Positions 53,348-64,000 of a DNA stretch of 64,000 nucleotides are shown in pieces. Position 1 is the first letter of the stretch, and every line of letters begins with the position of its first letter. Made by a program: the position numbers and the translations under genes. Origin of the DNA: Coriobacteriaceae bacterium (GTDB lineage: Bacteria > Actinomycetota > Coriobacteriia > Anaerosomatales > SLCP01); NCBI GenBank assembly GCA_003563465.1, contig PWVH01000037.1, positions 674 through 64,673 of the forward strand, written 5' to 3'. Below the pieces are notes generated by a model, which searched no databases, was not told where the DNA came from, and saw only the letters and a list, made by a program, of their open reading frames with translations.

Positions 53348-56143
53348 GTGGACTACAAACAAACGATGAACTTGCCCCGAAGCGACTTCCCTATGCGGGC
53401 CAGTCTAGCGACGCGCGAGCCCGAGTGGTTGGCGTTTTGGGACGAGATCGACATCTACAAGAGGACTCTGGAAGCCACGAAGGACGGCTCGCCGTTCATT
53501 CTTCATGACGGTCCTCCCTATGCCAACGGACATATCCACATGGGGACCGCTTTCAACAAGGTCTTCAAAGACATGATCGTCAAGTACAAGACGATGCGCG
53601 GCTTCTTCTCTCCCTACGTGCCAGGTTGGGACTGTCATGGTCAGCCGATCGAGCATCAAGTGGAGAAGAACCTCGGTCCTGAGAAGATGAAGACGACTTC
53701 ACAAGCCGAGCTACGCGCTCTTTGTCGAGCATATGCTCTGAGATTCGTGGACGTTCAAGCGGAGGAATTCCGTCGCCTGGGGGTCAGAGGCGATTTCAAG
53801 AGGCCCTACCTCACTCTCGATCCGTCCTACGAAGGCGGCAACGTGCGTATCTTCAAAGAGATGTACTCCCGAGGGATGATATACAGGGGCTCCAAGCCGA
53901 TACATTGGTGCGCTCGCTGCAAGACAGCGCTTGCAGAGGCCGAGATTGAGTACTCGGACGAGGCGAGCGACTCCATCTATGTCAGGTTTCGCTTGACGGA
54001 GGCCCCTGAGGCCTTCGCGGATTTCCGGATGCCTGTGTCAGTGGTCATCTGGACGACCACTCCGTGGACGCTGCCCGCAAACGTCGCAGTCACTTTGGCC
54101 GCAGATGCCGACTACGTAGGCGTGATCCGTGATGGCCATATCGTGGTAGTCGCCGAAGAACTCGTGCATAAGGTAGCCGAAGTGGCGGGCTGGGACGAAC
54201 CGTTGACGGCGATCGGAGGCGATGGAGCGCCGGTCCGCCTGAAAGGACGTTCTCTGTTAGGCGTCACCTATTCGCATCCCATACACGACAACGTGATAGG
54301 GGTCATCGTCACCGGGGACCATGTGGACCTGTCCACGGGAACCGGAGCGGTGCATACTGCACCAGGGCACGGCGAGGAGGATCACCTCGTCGGACAAGAG
54401 TACGGTCTGCCTTCGCCGATGCCAGTGGATGACGATGGCGTGTTCGACGAAGGAGGCGGTCCGTTCGCTGGGCTGGAGGTCAACGAAGCCAATCCTATGA
54501 TCATCGATTGGCTGAAGAAGAAGGACCTGCTCGAGGCCTCGGAAGCGACGACCCATTCCTATCCGCACTGCTGGAGATGCAAGCAACCGGTCATCTTTCG
54601 TGCGACCGAGCAGTGGTTCGTGGACATGGACAATGCTGCCGAGGGTGTTCGTCCACTGCGCCAGGGCGCGCTCGAAGCCATCGACCGGGTCGAGTGGATT
54701 CCCGGATGGTCCGTGAACCGCATCCGCTCGATGGTAGGCGATCGTCCGGATTGGTGCATTAGCCGCCAGCGTGCATGGGGAGTCCCGATTCCTATGTTCA
54801 CCTGTGTTTCGTGCGGGGAGACCGTCGCCGACGAAGCCACGTTCGATGCGGTGATAGAGCTCTTCGAGAGCGAGGGCGCCGATACATGGTTCACGAAAGA
54901 TCCGAGCGAGTATCTGCCTGCCGACACGGCGTGCAACCGATGTGGAGGGAGCACCTTTAAGGCCGAAAACGACATCTTGGACGTGTGGTGGGAGAGCGGC
55001 GTCTCGCACACCAGTGTCTTGGAAACCAGAGAGGAGCTTCACCGTCCAGCCGAACTCTATCTCGAAGGCAGCGATCAACATCGCGGCTGGTTCCAGTCCG
55101 CGCTGCTGACCGCTGTAGGGGCGTACGATGCGCCGCCTTTCGAGCGAGTCCTCACCCACGGTTTCATCGTGGACGGTGTCGGACGCAAGATGAGCAAGTC
55201 GCTCGGCAACGTCATAAGCCCGCTAGAAGTAATAGAGCGGTCAGGCGCCGATACCATTCGCTTATGGGCCGCTGCGGCTGACTATAGCCAGGACATCTCG
55301 ATTTCCGAGGAGATTCTGGATCGCACGAGTGAGGCATACCGGCGAATCCGAAACACCTTCCGCTTTCTGCTTTCCAACCTCTACGACTATGAGCCTTCGA
55401 TGGCGGTGCCGTGGCACGAGATGTCCGAGATCGACAGGTATGCACTCACAAGACTTGCCGAGCTCGTCGACCGCGTGAGCCGCGCTTACGACGAGTGGAG
55501 ATTTCACCAGGTGTATCGCGCCGTGTACGACTACTGTGTGCTGGATCTGTCCTCTTTCTACCTTGACGTGCTCAAGGACCGCCTCTACTCAGATGCGGCG
55601 GATTCCCGTTCACGTCGCGGCGCTCAAACCGTGCTCGTTTCGATTCTGACCTCGCTGGTGCGCCTCGTAGCACCTGTTCTGACTTTCACCTCCGAAGAAG
55701 TGTGGCAGTTCATGCCCGAATCGTTGCGCGGGGCGCCCGTCAGCGTGCAGTTGGCCGGCTGGCCCGAGCCGGACGTGCCTGCCGAGGAGGCTGTACAGCT
55801 GATGGCTGCCTACAAGGTCGTACTAGAGGTTCGCGACTCGGTCACGAAGGCACTCGAAGATGCGCGCGACAGCAAGAAGGTTAACAAGAGTCAGGAAGCC
55901 GCAGTCGCGATCATCGCACCGAAAGAGGTGCTGGACACTCTAGGCGCACGTGGGGAAAGGGAACTTGCGGACATGTTCATCGTCTCCGATGTTTCTCTTT
56001 TCGCCGGGGAAAGACTGGCGGTCTCGATCGAAAGCGCTACGGGAGAGAAATGTCCCCGATGCTGGAACTACCGTAGTCTCGGTACCGAGGCCTCTCATCC
56101 TGATCTGTGTGCGAGATGCGCTGGAGTCCTCGACTCTTTGTGA
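53348..56143 (+). CDS. ileS: isoleucine--tRNA ligase
   Basis: 931 aa with a HIGH-type motif (PYANGHIHMGT), KMSKS, and a C-terminal zinc-finger CxxC...CxxC. The GTG start is preceded by an AGGAGGGG SD. Confidence 0.97.
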   Translation: MDYKQTMNLPRSDFPMRASLATREPEWLAFWDEIDIYKRTLEATKDGSPFILHDGPPYANGHIHMGTAFNKVFKDMIVKYKTMRGFFSPYVPGWDCHGQPIEHQVEKNLGPEKMKTTSQAELRALCRAYALRFVDVQAEEFRRLGVRGDFKRPYLTLDPSYEGGNVRIFKEMYSRGMIYRGSKPIHWCARCKTALAEAEIEYSDEASDSIYVRFRLTEAPEAFADFRMPVSVVIWTTTPWTLPANVAVTLAADADYVGVIRDGHIVVVAEELVHKVAEVAGWDEPLTAIGGDGAPVRLKGRSLLGVTYSHPIHDNVIGVIVTGDHVDLSTGTGAVHTAPGHGEEDHLVGQEYGLPSPMPVDDDGVFDEGGGPFAGLEVNEANPMIIDWLKKKDLLEASEATTHSYPHCWRCKQPVIFRATEQWFVDMDNAAEGVRPLRQGALEAIDRVEWIPGWSVNRIRSMVGDRPDWCISRQRAWGVPIPMFTCVSCGETVADEATFDAVIELFESEGADTWFTKDPSEYLPADTACNRCGGSTFKAENDILDVWWESGVSHTSVLETREELHRPAELYLEGSDQHRGWFQSALLTAVGAYDAPPFERVLTHGFIVDGVGRKMSKSLGNVISPLEVIERSGADTIRLWAAAADYSQDISISEEILDRTSEAYRRIRNTFRFLLSNLYDYEPSMAVPWHEMSEIDRYALTRLAELVDRVSRAYDEWRFHQVYRAVYDYCVLDLSSFYLDVLKDRLYSDAADSRSRRGAQTVLVSILTSLVRLVAPVLTFTSEEVWQFMPESLRGAPVSVQLAGWPEPDVPAEEAVQLMAAYKVVLEVRDSVTKALEDARDSKKVNKSQEAAVAIIAPKEVLDTLGARGERELADMFIVSDVSLFAGERLAVSIESATGEKCPRCWNYRSLGTEASHPDLCARCAGVLDSL

Positions 56144-56220
56144 GCGAGACCTCGGTATCCCCGCAAGGGCCAAGAGCAGATGTGAAAGCCCACCTTGTGT
56201 ATAATAGACGTAGACGACAG

Positions 56221-56245
56221 AGCGCCCGGCTGCCCGGGCGCTTTA
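56221..56245 (+). terminator. stem-loop plus TTT downstream of ileS
   Basis: AGCGCCCGG-ctgc-CCGGGCGCT forms a perfect 9-bp stem followed by TTTAC. It lies between the ileS stop and the dksA-like start, so it could instead be part of the downstream 5' UTR. Confidence 0.5.
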
Positions 56246-56276
56246 CGATACCCCGGACCCGCGAGGTGATGCGGCT

Positions 56277-56642
56277 ATGGAACAAACTACAGAGACCACC
56301 CTGCGGACGTTTCTCGAAGAGGAACTCGCTCGTCTCGAGACCGAGGTCGAGACGATAGAGAGGGAAGGCCACGAAGCGCTTTCCGAGGCCAGCGGAGAGA
56401 ACAACTACCGTGATCATATGGCCGACCAGGGCACGGCGACGTTCAGTCGCGAACTCGACATGACCCTTGAGGACAACATCCGGGAGTCTCTCGTTGCTGT
56501 CCGCCGGGCACTCGAACGCATGGACGACGGCAACTACAGTGTCTGTGAACGCTGCGAGTCGGACATCGATGAAGAGCGCTTGAAGGCCATTCCTACTGCA
56601 ACGTTGTGTATCACGTGCAAAGCCGCAGAGGAATCTCGGTAG
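56277..56642 (+). CDS. TraR/DksA-family C4 zinc-finger protein (YlyA-like)
   Basis: 121 aa with a coiled-coil N-terminus and the zinc finger CERCESDIDEERLKAIPTATLCITC. It occupies the same slot as B. subtilis ylyA (between ileS and lspA). Confidence 0.85.
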   Translation: MEQTTETTLRTFLEEELARLETEVETIEREGHEALSEASGENNYRDHMADQGTATFSRELDMTLEDNIRESLVAVRRALERMDDGNYSVCERCESDIDEERLKAIPTATLCITCKAAEESR

Positions 56643-57175
56643 AGTCCCGACATCCGGGTGGCCTGTTGCTCGGTACGCTTGCCGCTACGGTCGCCGTCGA
56701 CCAACTCACCAAGGCTATAGCAAGGGCGTTGCTGGATCCGTCTCAATCCGTGCCAGTTATCGAAGGCGTGTTCCACCTCACTCACGTGCGAAACACAGGC
56801 GCGGCCTTCGGACTCATGCCGGGACAACGAACGCTGTTCATCGTGACTTCGACGCTTGTGCTCGCTGCCATCGGTCTGTATTGGTGGAGAGTCAGGCCCA
56901 AGGGTGTGCTCCTGTCCATCTCACTTGGCCTGATCGCCGGGGGAGCGATAGGGAATCTGATCGACAGGGTCATAGCTGGAAGGGTCACCGACTTCTTCGA
57001 CCTCCAGATATGGCCCGTGTTCAACATCGCCGACACTTCGATAGTTTTCGGAGCTGTCGGCCTGTTCGCTTGGGCGATTCTAGCGCCGATCGAAGACCAA
57101 GAGCCGTTCTCGGCGGTCGAGGATGCGGACAACGAGCGATGGATGGCCGAGGGAGAAGAGAGAGGCGATCAGTGA
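56606..57175 (+). CDS. lspA: signal peptidase II (lipoprotein signal peptidase)
   Basis: Has VRNTGAAFG, GGAIGNLIDR and FNIADT motifs. The start is uncertain (GTG 56606, GTG 56615 or TTG 56666). Confidence 0.9.
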   Translation: MYHVQSRRGISVESRHPGGLLLGTLAATVAVDQLTKAIARALLDPSQSVPVIEGVFHLTHVRNTGAAFGLMPGQRTLFIVTSTLVLAAIGLYWWRVRPKGVLLSISLGLIAGGAIGNLIDRVIAGRVTDFFDLQIWPVFNIADTSIVFGAVGLFAWAILAPIEDQEPFSAVEDADNERWMAEGEERGDQ

Positions 57176-58182
57176 ACGGTCGCGATCACTTCGTAGTCAC
57201 CGTGCGGGGCGAGCAAGCCGGTCAGCGAATCGACACCTTTCTCGGGCAGACGGAGCAACTGGTTTCGCGTTCCGCAGCGGCACGTCTCATAGACGGCGGA
57301 TTCGTTCGGGTGAACGGATCGCCAGTCTCCAAGCGACACGTACTCAAGGCAGGAGAGACCATCTCTGTCGAGGTGCCGCCTGCCGAAGAGTGCGTTCTTC
57401 AACCCGAGGACATTCCACTCGACATCCGTTTCGAAGACGACGATGTCATCGTCATCTCAAAGCAGGCCGGCATGGTCGTCCATCCAGCGCAGGGTAACTG
57501 GAGCGGGACTCTCGTACACGCGCTGCTGGCACACTGCAGTGAATCCCTTGGAACCTTACAGGGTGTGGAGCGTCCCGGAATCGTGCATCGTCTCGACAAG
57601 GAGACAACCGGTCTGATGATGGTGGCCAAGAACGACCGAGTCCAAGCCGCTCTGTCAGAGGCTATCAGGATCCGTGCGATCGACAGACGATATGCGGCTC
57701 TCGTGCACGGCTATGTCGCACCCGATAGCGGCTTGGTCGATGCTCCGATAGCGCGCGATCAACGCGATCGTAAGCGTATGGCGGTGGTAGAGTCCGCGTC
57801 GGCCCGTCAATCGGTGACCACCTTCCAGGTTCTCGAACGCTTCACGGCCGGTATGCACGACGACGGCTACACACTGGTGGAGTGCAAGCTCTACACGGGT
57901 CGCACGCATCAGATCCGTGTCCACATGGCATACATCGATCATCCAGTCGTCGGTGACCAGTTGTACGGACAGCGCAGAATCAAGAAGGATCGAGGACTCA
58001 AACGACAGTTCCTCCACGCCTCGCGATTGGAGTTCGATCATCCCGTAACCGGAGAGCACCTGGTGTTTCACGATTCACTGCCGGAGGACCTCCGTCATGT
58101 GCTGTCCGAAATCGAGCCCGACTCGATGGGACGTACCGGATACGGCGAAGAAGTTCTCCCGCAGCTTCTGTCAGAGAGATAA
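57172..58182 (+). CDS. rluD: RluA-family 23S rRNA pseudouridine synthase (RluD-like)
   Basis: GTG 57172 overlaps the lspA stop (GTGA). The protein has an S4 domain (RIDTFL..SRSAAARLI) and the catalytic motif HRLDKETTGLMMVAKN. The ORF-track start at 56881 lies inside lspA. Confidence 0.9.
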   Translation: MNGRDHFVVTVRGEQAGQRIDTFLGQTEQLVSRSAAARLIDGGFVRVNGSPVSKRHVLKAGETISVEVPPAEECVLQPEDIPLDIRFEDDDVIVISKQAGMVVHPAQGNWSGTLVHALLAHCSESLGTLQGVERPGIVHRLDKETTGLMMVAKNDRVQAALSEAIRIRAIDRRYAALVHGYVAPDSGLVDAPIARDQRDRKRMAVVESASARQSVTTFQVLERFTAGMHDDGYTLVECKLYTGRTHQIRVHMAYIDHPVVGDQLYGQRRIKKDRGLKRQFLHASRLEFDHPVTGEHLVFHDSLPEDLRHVLSEIEPDSMGRTGYGEEVLPQLLSER

Positions 58183-58298
58183 CGTGCTTCTTTGACGGCC
58201 AAGCTTACTGCGGGACGATTCGCAGGCTTCCTGCGGTAGAACCCCGAATAGCGCGACGCCATCGCCCTTGCGCCTGTGCCACCGCCACAATCCGGGGG

Positions 58299-58327
58299 TT
58301 GGAATCTAAGTGACGGCCTGGTATTGT
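58299..58327 (+). promoter_or_regulatory. candidate pyr operon promoter (TTGGAA-17-TATTGT)
   Basis: The hexamers are at 58299-58304 and 58322-58327. The predicted transcription start is just 5' of the PyrR-binding hairpin. Confidence 0.45.
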
Positions 58328-58335
58328 CGGATAGA

Positions 58336-58368
58336 CCTTTAAGCCCGGTCCTGTGAGGCTGGCAAGGG
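58336..58368 (+). promoter_or_regulatory. PyrR-binding RNA hairpin (anti-antiterminator)
   Basis: CCUUUAAGCCCGGUCCUGUGAGGCUGGCAAGGG closely matches the PyrR binding-loop consensus (..UCCAGAGAGGCU..GCAAGG). Confidence 0.8.
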
Positions 58369-58414
58369 AACTCGAGCGACGATGCGACGCGAGCGAACCT
58401 CGTACCGACGCTGA

Positions 58415-59989
<1,575 letters not shown>

Positions 59990-60006
<17 letters not shown>

Positions 60007-61282
60007 AAACGGCCGCTTGATCGACCCGGCGGTCGGCCTCGATGCCATATGCGACATGATCGTCGGCGACGGGCGTATCGTCGAGATCGGCGAGGACCTT
60101 ACCATTCCCGAGGGAGAGATCATCGAGTGTGCAGAGAAGGTAGTGGTTCCAGGTCTCGTCGACCTGCACGCCCATCTGCGCGAGCCAGGTCGTGAAGACG
60201 AAGAGACCGTAGCTTCGGGTACGCGTGCCGCCGCGCACGGCGGCTTCACAGCGGTCTGTGCGATGCCGAACACCCTTCCCGTATGCGATACCGGCTCCAA
60301 GGTCCGCTTCTTGGTCGAGCGCGCTGAGGAGACCGGAGTCGTGCGCGTTCACCCGATCGGAGCAGCTACCGTAGGGCAGCGAGGTGAGACGCTCGCCGAG
60401 ATAGGAGACATGGCGGCCGAGGGGGCAGTGGCGTTTTCCGACGATGGCCGTGGCATTCAGTCCGCCGGGATGATGCGTCGCGTTATGGAATACGGGATGG
60501 CCTTCGACGCTATCGTCGTCAGTCACTGCGAAGAAGAGTCCCTCGTGCGCAACGGAGTTGTCAACGAAGGGGCAGTCTCGACTCGCCTCGGTATGCCTGG
60601 ATGGCCTGCGGCTGCCGAAGAAGTCATGGTGGACCGAGACATACGTCTAGCGGAACTCACGGGCTGCCGGCTTCACTTGGCCCACCTGTCAACGGCTGGC
60701 TCTGTGGCGCTTGTGCGGGCCGCAAAGGAGCGTGGCGCTCCTGTGACCGCCGAGGTCACACCGCACCACCTCTTTCTCGACGAGGACGTTCTAGGTCCGT
60801 CTTACGACACGTATCTGAAGATGAACCCGCCGCTGCGCACCTCCTCCGACCGAGCGGCTCTCCTAGATGCTCTACTCGACGGCACTATCGACTGCGTCGC
60901 CACCGATCACGCACCCCACGCGCTGCACGAGAAGGAGATGGAGTTCGAGCTCGCACCTTTCGGGACTACAGGTCTCGAGACGGCCCTTCCTCTGATCATC
61001 ACCAATCTCATCGAGCCAGGTGTTCTCGACTGGGCAGACGTAGTGCGGTTGATGGCACACGGTCCTAGGGAGGCCTTCGGCCTGTCGCCGGTGTGCCTAG
61101 GGAGTGGCTCCGTGGCCGATGTGACCGTCATCGATCCGGAGGCGAAGGTTGAAGTCTGTAAGGAGTGGTTCGTGTCCAAGTCATCGAACTCCGCTTTCAA
61201 CGGTGCGATGCTTCTTGGAAGAGCAACCGAAGTGCTGGTGGAGGGACGCTTCGCCCTCAAGAACGGAAAGGTGGTCGACTGA
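59990..61282 (+). CDS. pyrC: dihydroorotase
   Basis: 430 aa from ATG 59990 (GGAGGTGA SD), with DLHAHLREPG and VATDHAPH metal-site motifs. Confidence 0.94.
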
Positions 61283-62557
61283 GTGACCGATCGCCCAGCC
61301 CTTCTTGCACTCGAGGATGGAACGTTCTTTACCGGACGTGCCTGCGGTGTCATGGGCGAGAGCATCGGTGAGGTGGTGTTCAACACCTCAATGACTGGCT
61401 ACCAGGAGGTTCTAAGCGATCCCTCTTATGCAGGTCAAATCGTCACCATGACCATGCCCCACATCGGCAACTACGGTGTGAACGGCGCCGACATGGAATC
61501 TCGCGGTGTGTTCGCAGCTGGTCTCGTCGTACGCGAGATGTCTGAGCTTGCATCGAACTGGCGTGCCGAGGAGACGATGGAGGCTTTCCTCGAGCGTCAC
61601 AACGTGATCGCAATGGAGGGTGTGGACACTCGGCGGCTGACGAGGCACATTCGCGAAGCCGGGGCGATGCGTGCGGTAATATCGACCGAGGACTTGGATC
61701 CCTCCTCACTCGCTGTCAAGGCAGCGGCGAGCCCGGGACTTGTGGGACGCGATCTTGTCGCCGAGGTAGGCGTATGCGAAGCGTATCGTTGGGGGTCGGA
61801 AGACTCCGAAGGGCGCATCCCCGTGGACACTGGTATCTTGCCGGTATCTCCTGCATATCGTGTAGTGGCTTTCGACTCGGGCATCAAGTACAACATCTGC
61901 CGCAATCTGGCCGAGGCCGGTTGCGACGTGGTCGTGGTTCCGCCCGATACTCCTTCGGCCAAGGTGATGGAGTATGAGCCTGATGGCGTGTTTCTTGCGA
62001 ACGGCCCGGGCGATCCGGCCGCCGTCGACTATCTGTACGGGACGCTCAGGGAGCTCATAGGCAGTGTTCCCGTGTTCGGCATATGCTTGGGTCATCAGAT
62101 GCTGTCGCTCGCAGTAGGCTGCGAGACTTACAAGCTGAAGTATGGTCATCGTGGAGGCAACCAGCCGGTCAAGAACCTGCTCACGGGCAGAGTCGAGATT
62201 ACTAGCCAGAACCACGGTTTCTGTGTGGACTTCGGCTCCATCGGTCCGCTGATCGAAGAAGAGAGTGGCGGACTGGACCACGATCCTGCCGATATCGGTG
62301 CATGGGCGAGCGCAGGGGTAGCGCCGGTGGTGCGGTCCGAGCGCTTCGGACGAGTGCAGCTGACACATGCGAACCTCAACGACATGACGACTGAGGGAAT
62401 CCGGCTGCTTGACGCCTCGGCTTTCTCGGTCCAGTACCATCCCGAGGCGGCGCCGGGCCCGCAAGACTCCCGGTATCTGTTCGACGCGTTCACGTCGATG
62501 ATGGACGGCCGCGATGACTATCTGAAGGAGTGCGGGTGTCCCGTCGTGACGACATAG
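61283..62557 (+). CDS. carA: carbamoyl-phosphate synthase small (glutaminase) subunit
   Basis: 424 aa with the triad segment GICLGHQ and a conserved HPE. The GTG directly abuts the pyrC stop. Confidence 0.95.
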   Translation: MTDRPALLALEDGTFFTGRACGVMGESIGEVVFNTSMTGYQEVLSDPSYAGQIVTMTMPHIGNYGVNGADMESRGVFAAGLVVREMSELASNWRAEETMEAFLERHNVIAMEGVDTRRLTRHIREAGAMRAVISTEDLDPSSLAVKAAASPGLVGRDLVAEVGVCEAYRWGSEDSEGRIPVDTGILPVSPAYRVVAFDSGIKYNICRNLAEAGCDVVVVPPDTPSAKVMEYEPDGVFLANGPGDPAAVDYLYGTLRELIGSVPVFGICLGHQMLSLAVGCETYKLKYGHRGGNQPVKNLLTGRVEITSQNHGFCVDFGSIGPLIEEESGGLDHDPADIGAWASAGVAPVVRSERFGRVQLTHANLNDMTTEGIRLLDASAFSVQYHPEAAPGPQDSRYLFDAFTSMMDGRDDYLKECGCPVVTT

Positions 62558-64000
62558 CGAAGATACTAGTTATCGGGTCGGGTCCGATAATCATCGGACA
62601 GGCGTGTGAATTCGACTACTCGGGCGCCCAAGCATGCAAGGTACTGCGCGAGGACGGATACGAAGTCGTGCTGGTCAACAGCAATCCGGCGACGATCATG
62701 ACCGACCCCGAACTCGCTCACCGCACCTACGTGGAGCCTGTGACGCCGGAGTTCGTGACCAAAGTTATAGAGCGGGAGCGGCCGCAAGCGCTGCTGCCCA
62801 CTCTTGGAGGTCAGACCGGCCTGAACTGTGCGGTGGCGCTAGCGGAGTGCGGCGTGCTCGATGAGCACCGAGTGGAGCTCATCGGTGCCAAGCTCGACGT
62901 CATCAAGAAGGGCGAGGACCGAAAGCTGTTCGCTGAGGCGATGGGGCGCATCGGCTTGGACGTGCCGAGGAGCGGCTACGCATACACGCTGCGCGAGGCC
63001 GAGGATCTCGCGAGAGACCTCGGCTTCCCGGCAGTCGTGCGTCCTTCTTTCACGCTCGGAGGGGCCGGTGGCGGCATCGCATACAACATCGAAGAACTGC
63101 GCGATATCGTGACCGGCGGGTTGGCCTTGTCTCCGATCGGCGAGGTCCTGATAGAGGAGAGTGTGATTGGCTGGAAAGAGTTCGAGATGGAGGTCATGCG
63201 CGATCGCAAGGACAACTCGGTCATCGTCTGCTCGATCGAGAACTTCGATGCGATGGGCGTGCACACCGGTGACTCGATCACGGTAGCTCCTGCTCAGACG
63301 CTTACCGATCGCGAATACCAAGCCATGCGTAACGCCTCGCTCGACATCATGCGTGAGATCGGGGTCGAAACAGGTGGTTCGAACGTCCAGTTCGCTGTCG
63401 ACCCGATAACCGGGCGACTGGTAGTGATCGAGATGAATCCGCGAGTCTCACGCTCCTCTGCGCTTGCCTCCAAAGCGACCGGCTTTCCAATAGCGAAGTT
63501 TGCGGCGAAGCTGGCGGTAGGTTACACACTCGATGAGATTCCCAACGACATCACCAAGAAGACGCCCGCGTGCTTCGAACCCAGCATCGACTACACGGTA
63601 GTGAAGGTTCCCCGGTGGGCTTTCGAGAAGTTTCCTGGTACCGACATCACCCTGACCACCAAGATGAAGTCGGTGGGCGAGGTAATGGCGATCGGGCGTA
63701 CCTTTGCAGAAGCCTTGGGCAAAGCGATGCGCTCTCTCGAGAATGGCCGAGCAGGCCTCGGTGCCGATGGACACGATGTTTTCGACGAGAACAAATTCGA
63801 CGCCATGCTCGCCACGCCAACCGAACGGCGGCCCTACTACATCGCCGAGGCCTTCCGCCGCGGGCGTTCCGTCGAAGAGGTGCATCACCTCACCCATGTA
63901 GACAGATGGTTCCTCGGGCAGATGCGACGTGCAGTCGAGGTCGAGACCGAGTTGGCGGTCGAGGTGGAGGGTGCCAGTCCTGCAAAGGACGGACCTGATG
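62536..64000 (+). CDS. carB: carbamoyl-phosphate synthase large subunit (3' truncated by window edge)
   Basis: It is absent from the ORF track because the frame never closes in the window. GTG 62536 (GAAGGAG SD) gives [59 protein letters not shown]..., the canonical CarB N-terminus. Confidence 0.93.
   Translation, partial: MSRRDDIAKILVIGSGPIIIGQACEFDYSGAQACKVLREDGYEVVLVNSNPATIMTDPELAHRTYVEPVTPEFVTKVIERERPQALLPTLGGQTGLNCAVALAECGVLDEHRVELIGAKLDVIKKGEDRKLFAEAMGRIGLDVPRSGYAYTLREAEDLARDLGFPAVVRPSFTLGGAGGGIAYNIEELRDIVTGGLALSPIGEVLIEESVIGWKEFEMEVMRDRKDNSVIVCSIENFDAMGVHTGDSITVAPAQTLTDREYQAMRNASLDIMREIGVETGGSNVQFAVDPITGRLVVIEMNPRVSRSSALASKATGFPIAKFAAKLAVGYTLDEIPNDITKKTPACFEPSIDYTVVKVPRWAFEKFPGTDITLTTKMKSVGEVMAIGRTFAEALGKAMRSLENGRAGLGADGHDVFDENKFDAMLATPTERRPYYIAEAFRRGRSVEEVHHLTHVDRWFLGQMRRAVEVETELAVEVEGASPAKDGPD

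Noticed and set aside
54257-55159. 300-aa minus-strand ORF antisense to ileS. A comparable 252-aa ORF at 61706-62464 is antisense to carA.
   Set aside because: These are shadow frames of very well conserved genes, with no independent coding signals.
56181-56205. Perfect TATAAT (56200-56205) downstream of ileS as a promoter for the dksA-like/lspA/rluD genes.
   Set aside because: There is no acceptable -35 at 16-18 nt spacing and no TG extension. The element also lies upstream of a terminator-like hairpin. It is left unresolved rather than called.

Overview
This is a densely coding core-chromosome segment of a high-GC Gram-positive bacterium (roughly 60% GC by eye). Almost every gene is on the + strand, and many start and stop codons overlap.

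Gene content, in order:
- accC (5' partial), asp23, nusB, xseB, dxs, tlyA, nadK, recN, steA, steB/mctB
- an inserted envelope-glycan gene set (GT-A glycosyltransferase, murJ, a 772-aa membrane protein, a divergent MraY-like transferase)
- pyrG, an M20 peptidase, a DUF3866-like gene, xerD
- a BMP-type ABC importer
- a small minus-strand island (DUF4349 lipoprotein plus mini-proteins)
- a complete dcw cluster (mraZ, rsmH, ftsL, ftsI, murE, murF, mraY, murD, ftsW, murG, murC, murB, ftsQ, ftsZ; no ftsA)
- a DUF4013 membrane protein on the opposite strand
- pgeF, pstSCAB-phoU, yggS, sepF, proC, yggT, divIVA, DUF167
- a T-box leader, ileS, a dksA-like gene, lspA, rluD
- a PyrR attenuator, pyrR, pyrB, pyrC, carA, carB (3' partial; absent from the ORF track because it runs off the window)

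The synteny mixes Actinobacteria-type order (recN-steA-steB...pyrG...xerD; SepF and DivIVA present, no FtsA) with Bacillus-type order.

I found no tRNA, rRNA, CRISPR array, IS element, prophage or recognisable defence genes. Most of the window is ordinary housekeeping DNA.

The parts worth a second look are the three places where coding switches to the minus strand:
- 9.45-15.3 kb: the four-gene envelope module, which is the best candidate for something undescribed
- 25.2-26.8 kb: the DUF4349 island with small membrane ORFs
- 43.3-44.3 kb: the DUF4013 protein with a proline-rich tail, wedged next to ftsZ

Several cis-regulatory RNA and operator elements are also readable directly in the sequence. 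All family assignments come from reading motifs by eye; no searches were run.
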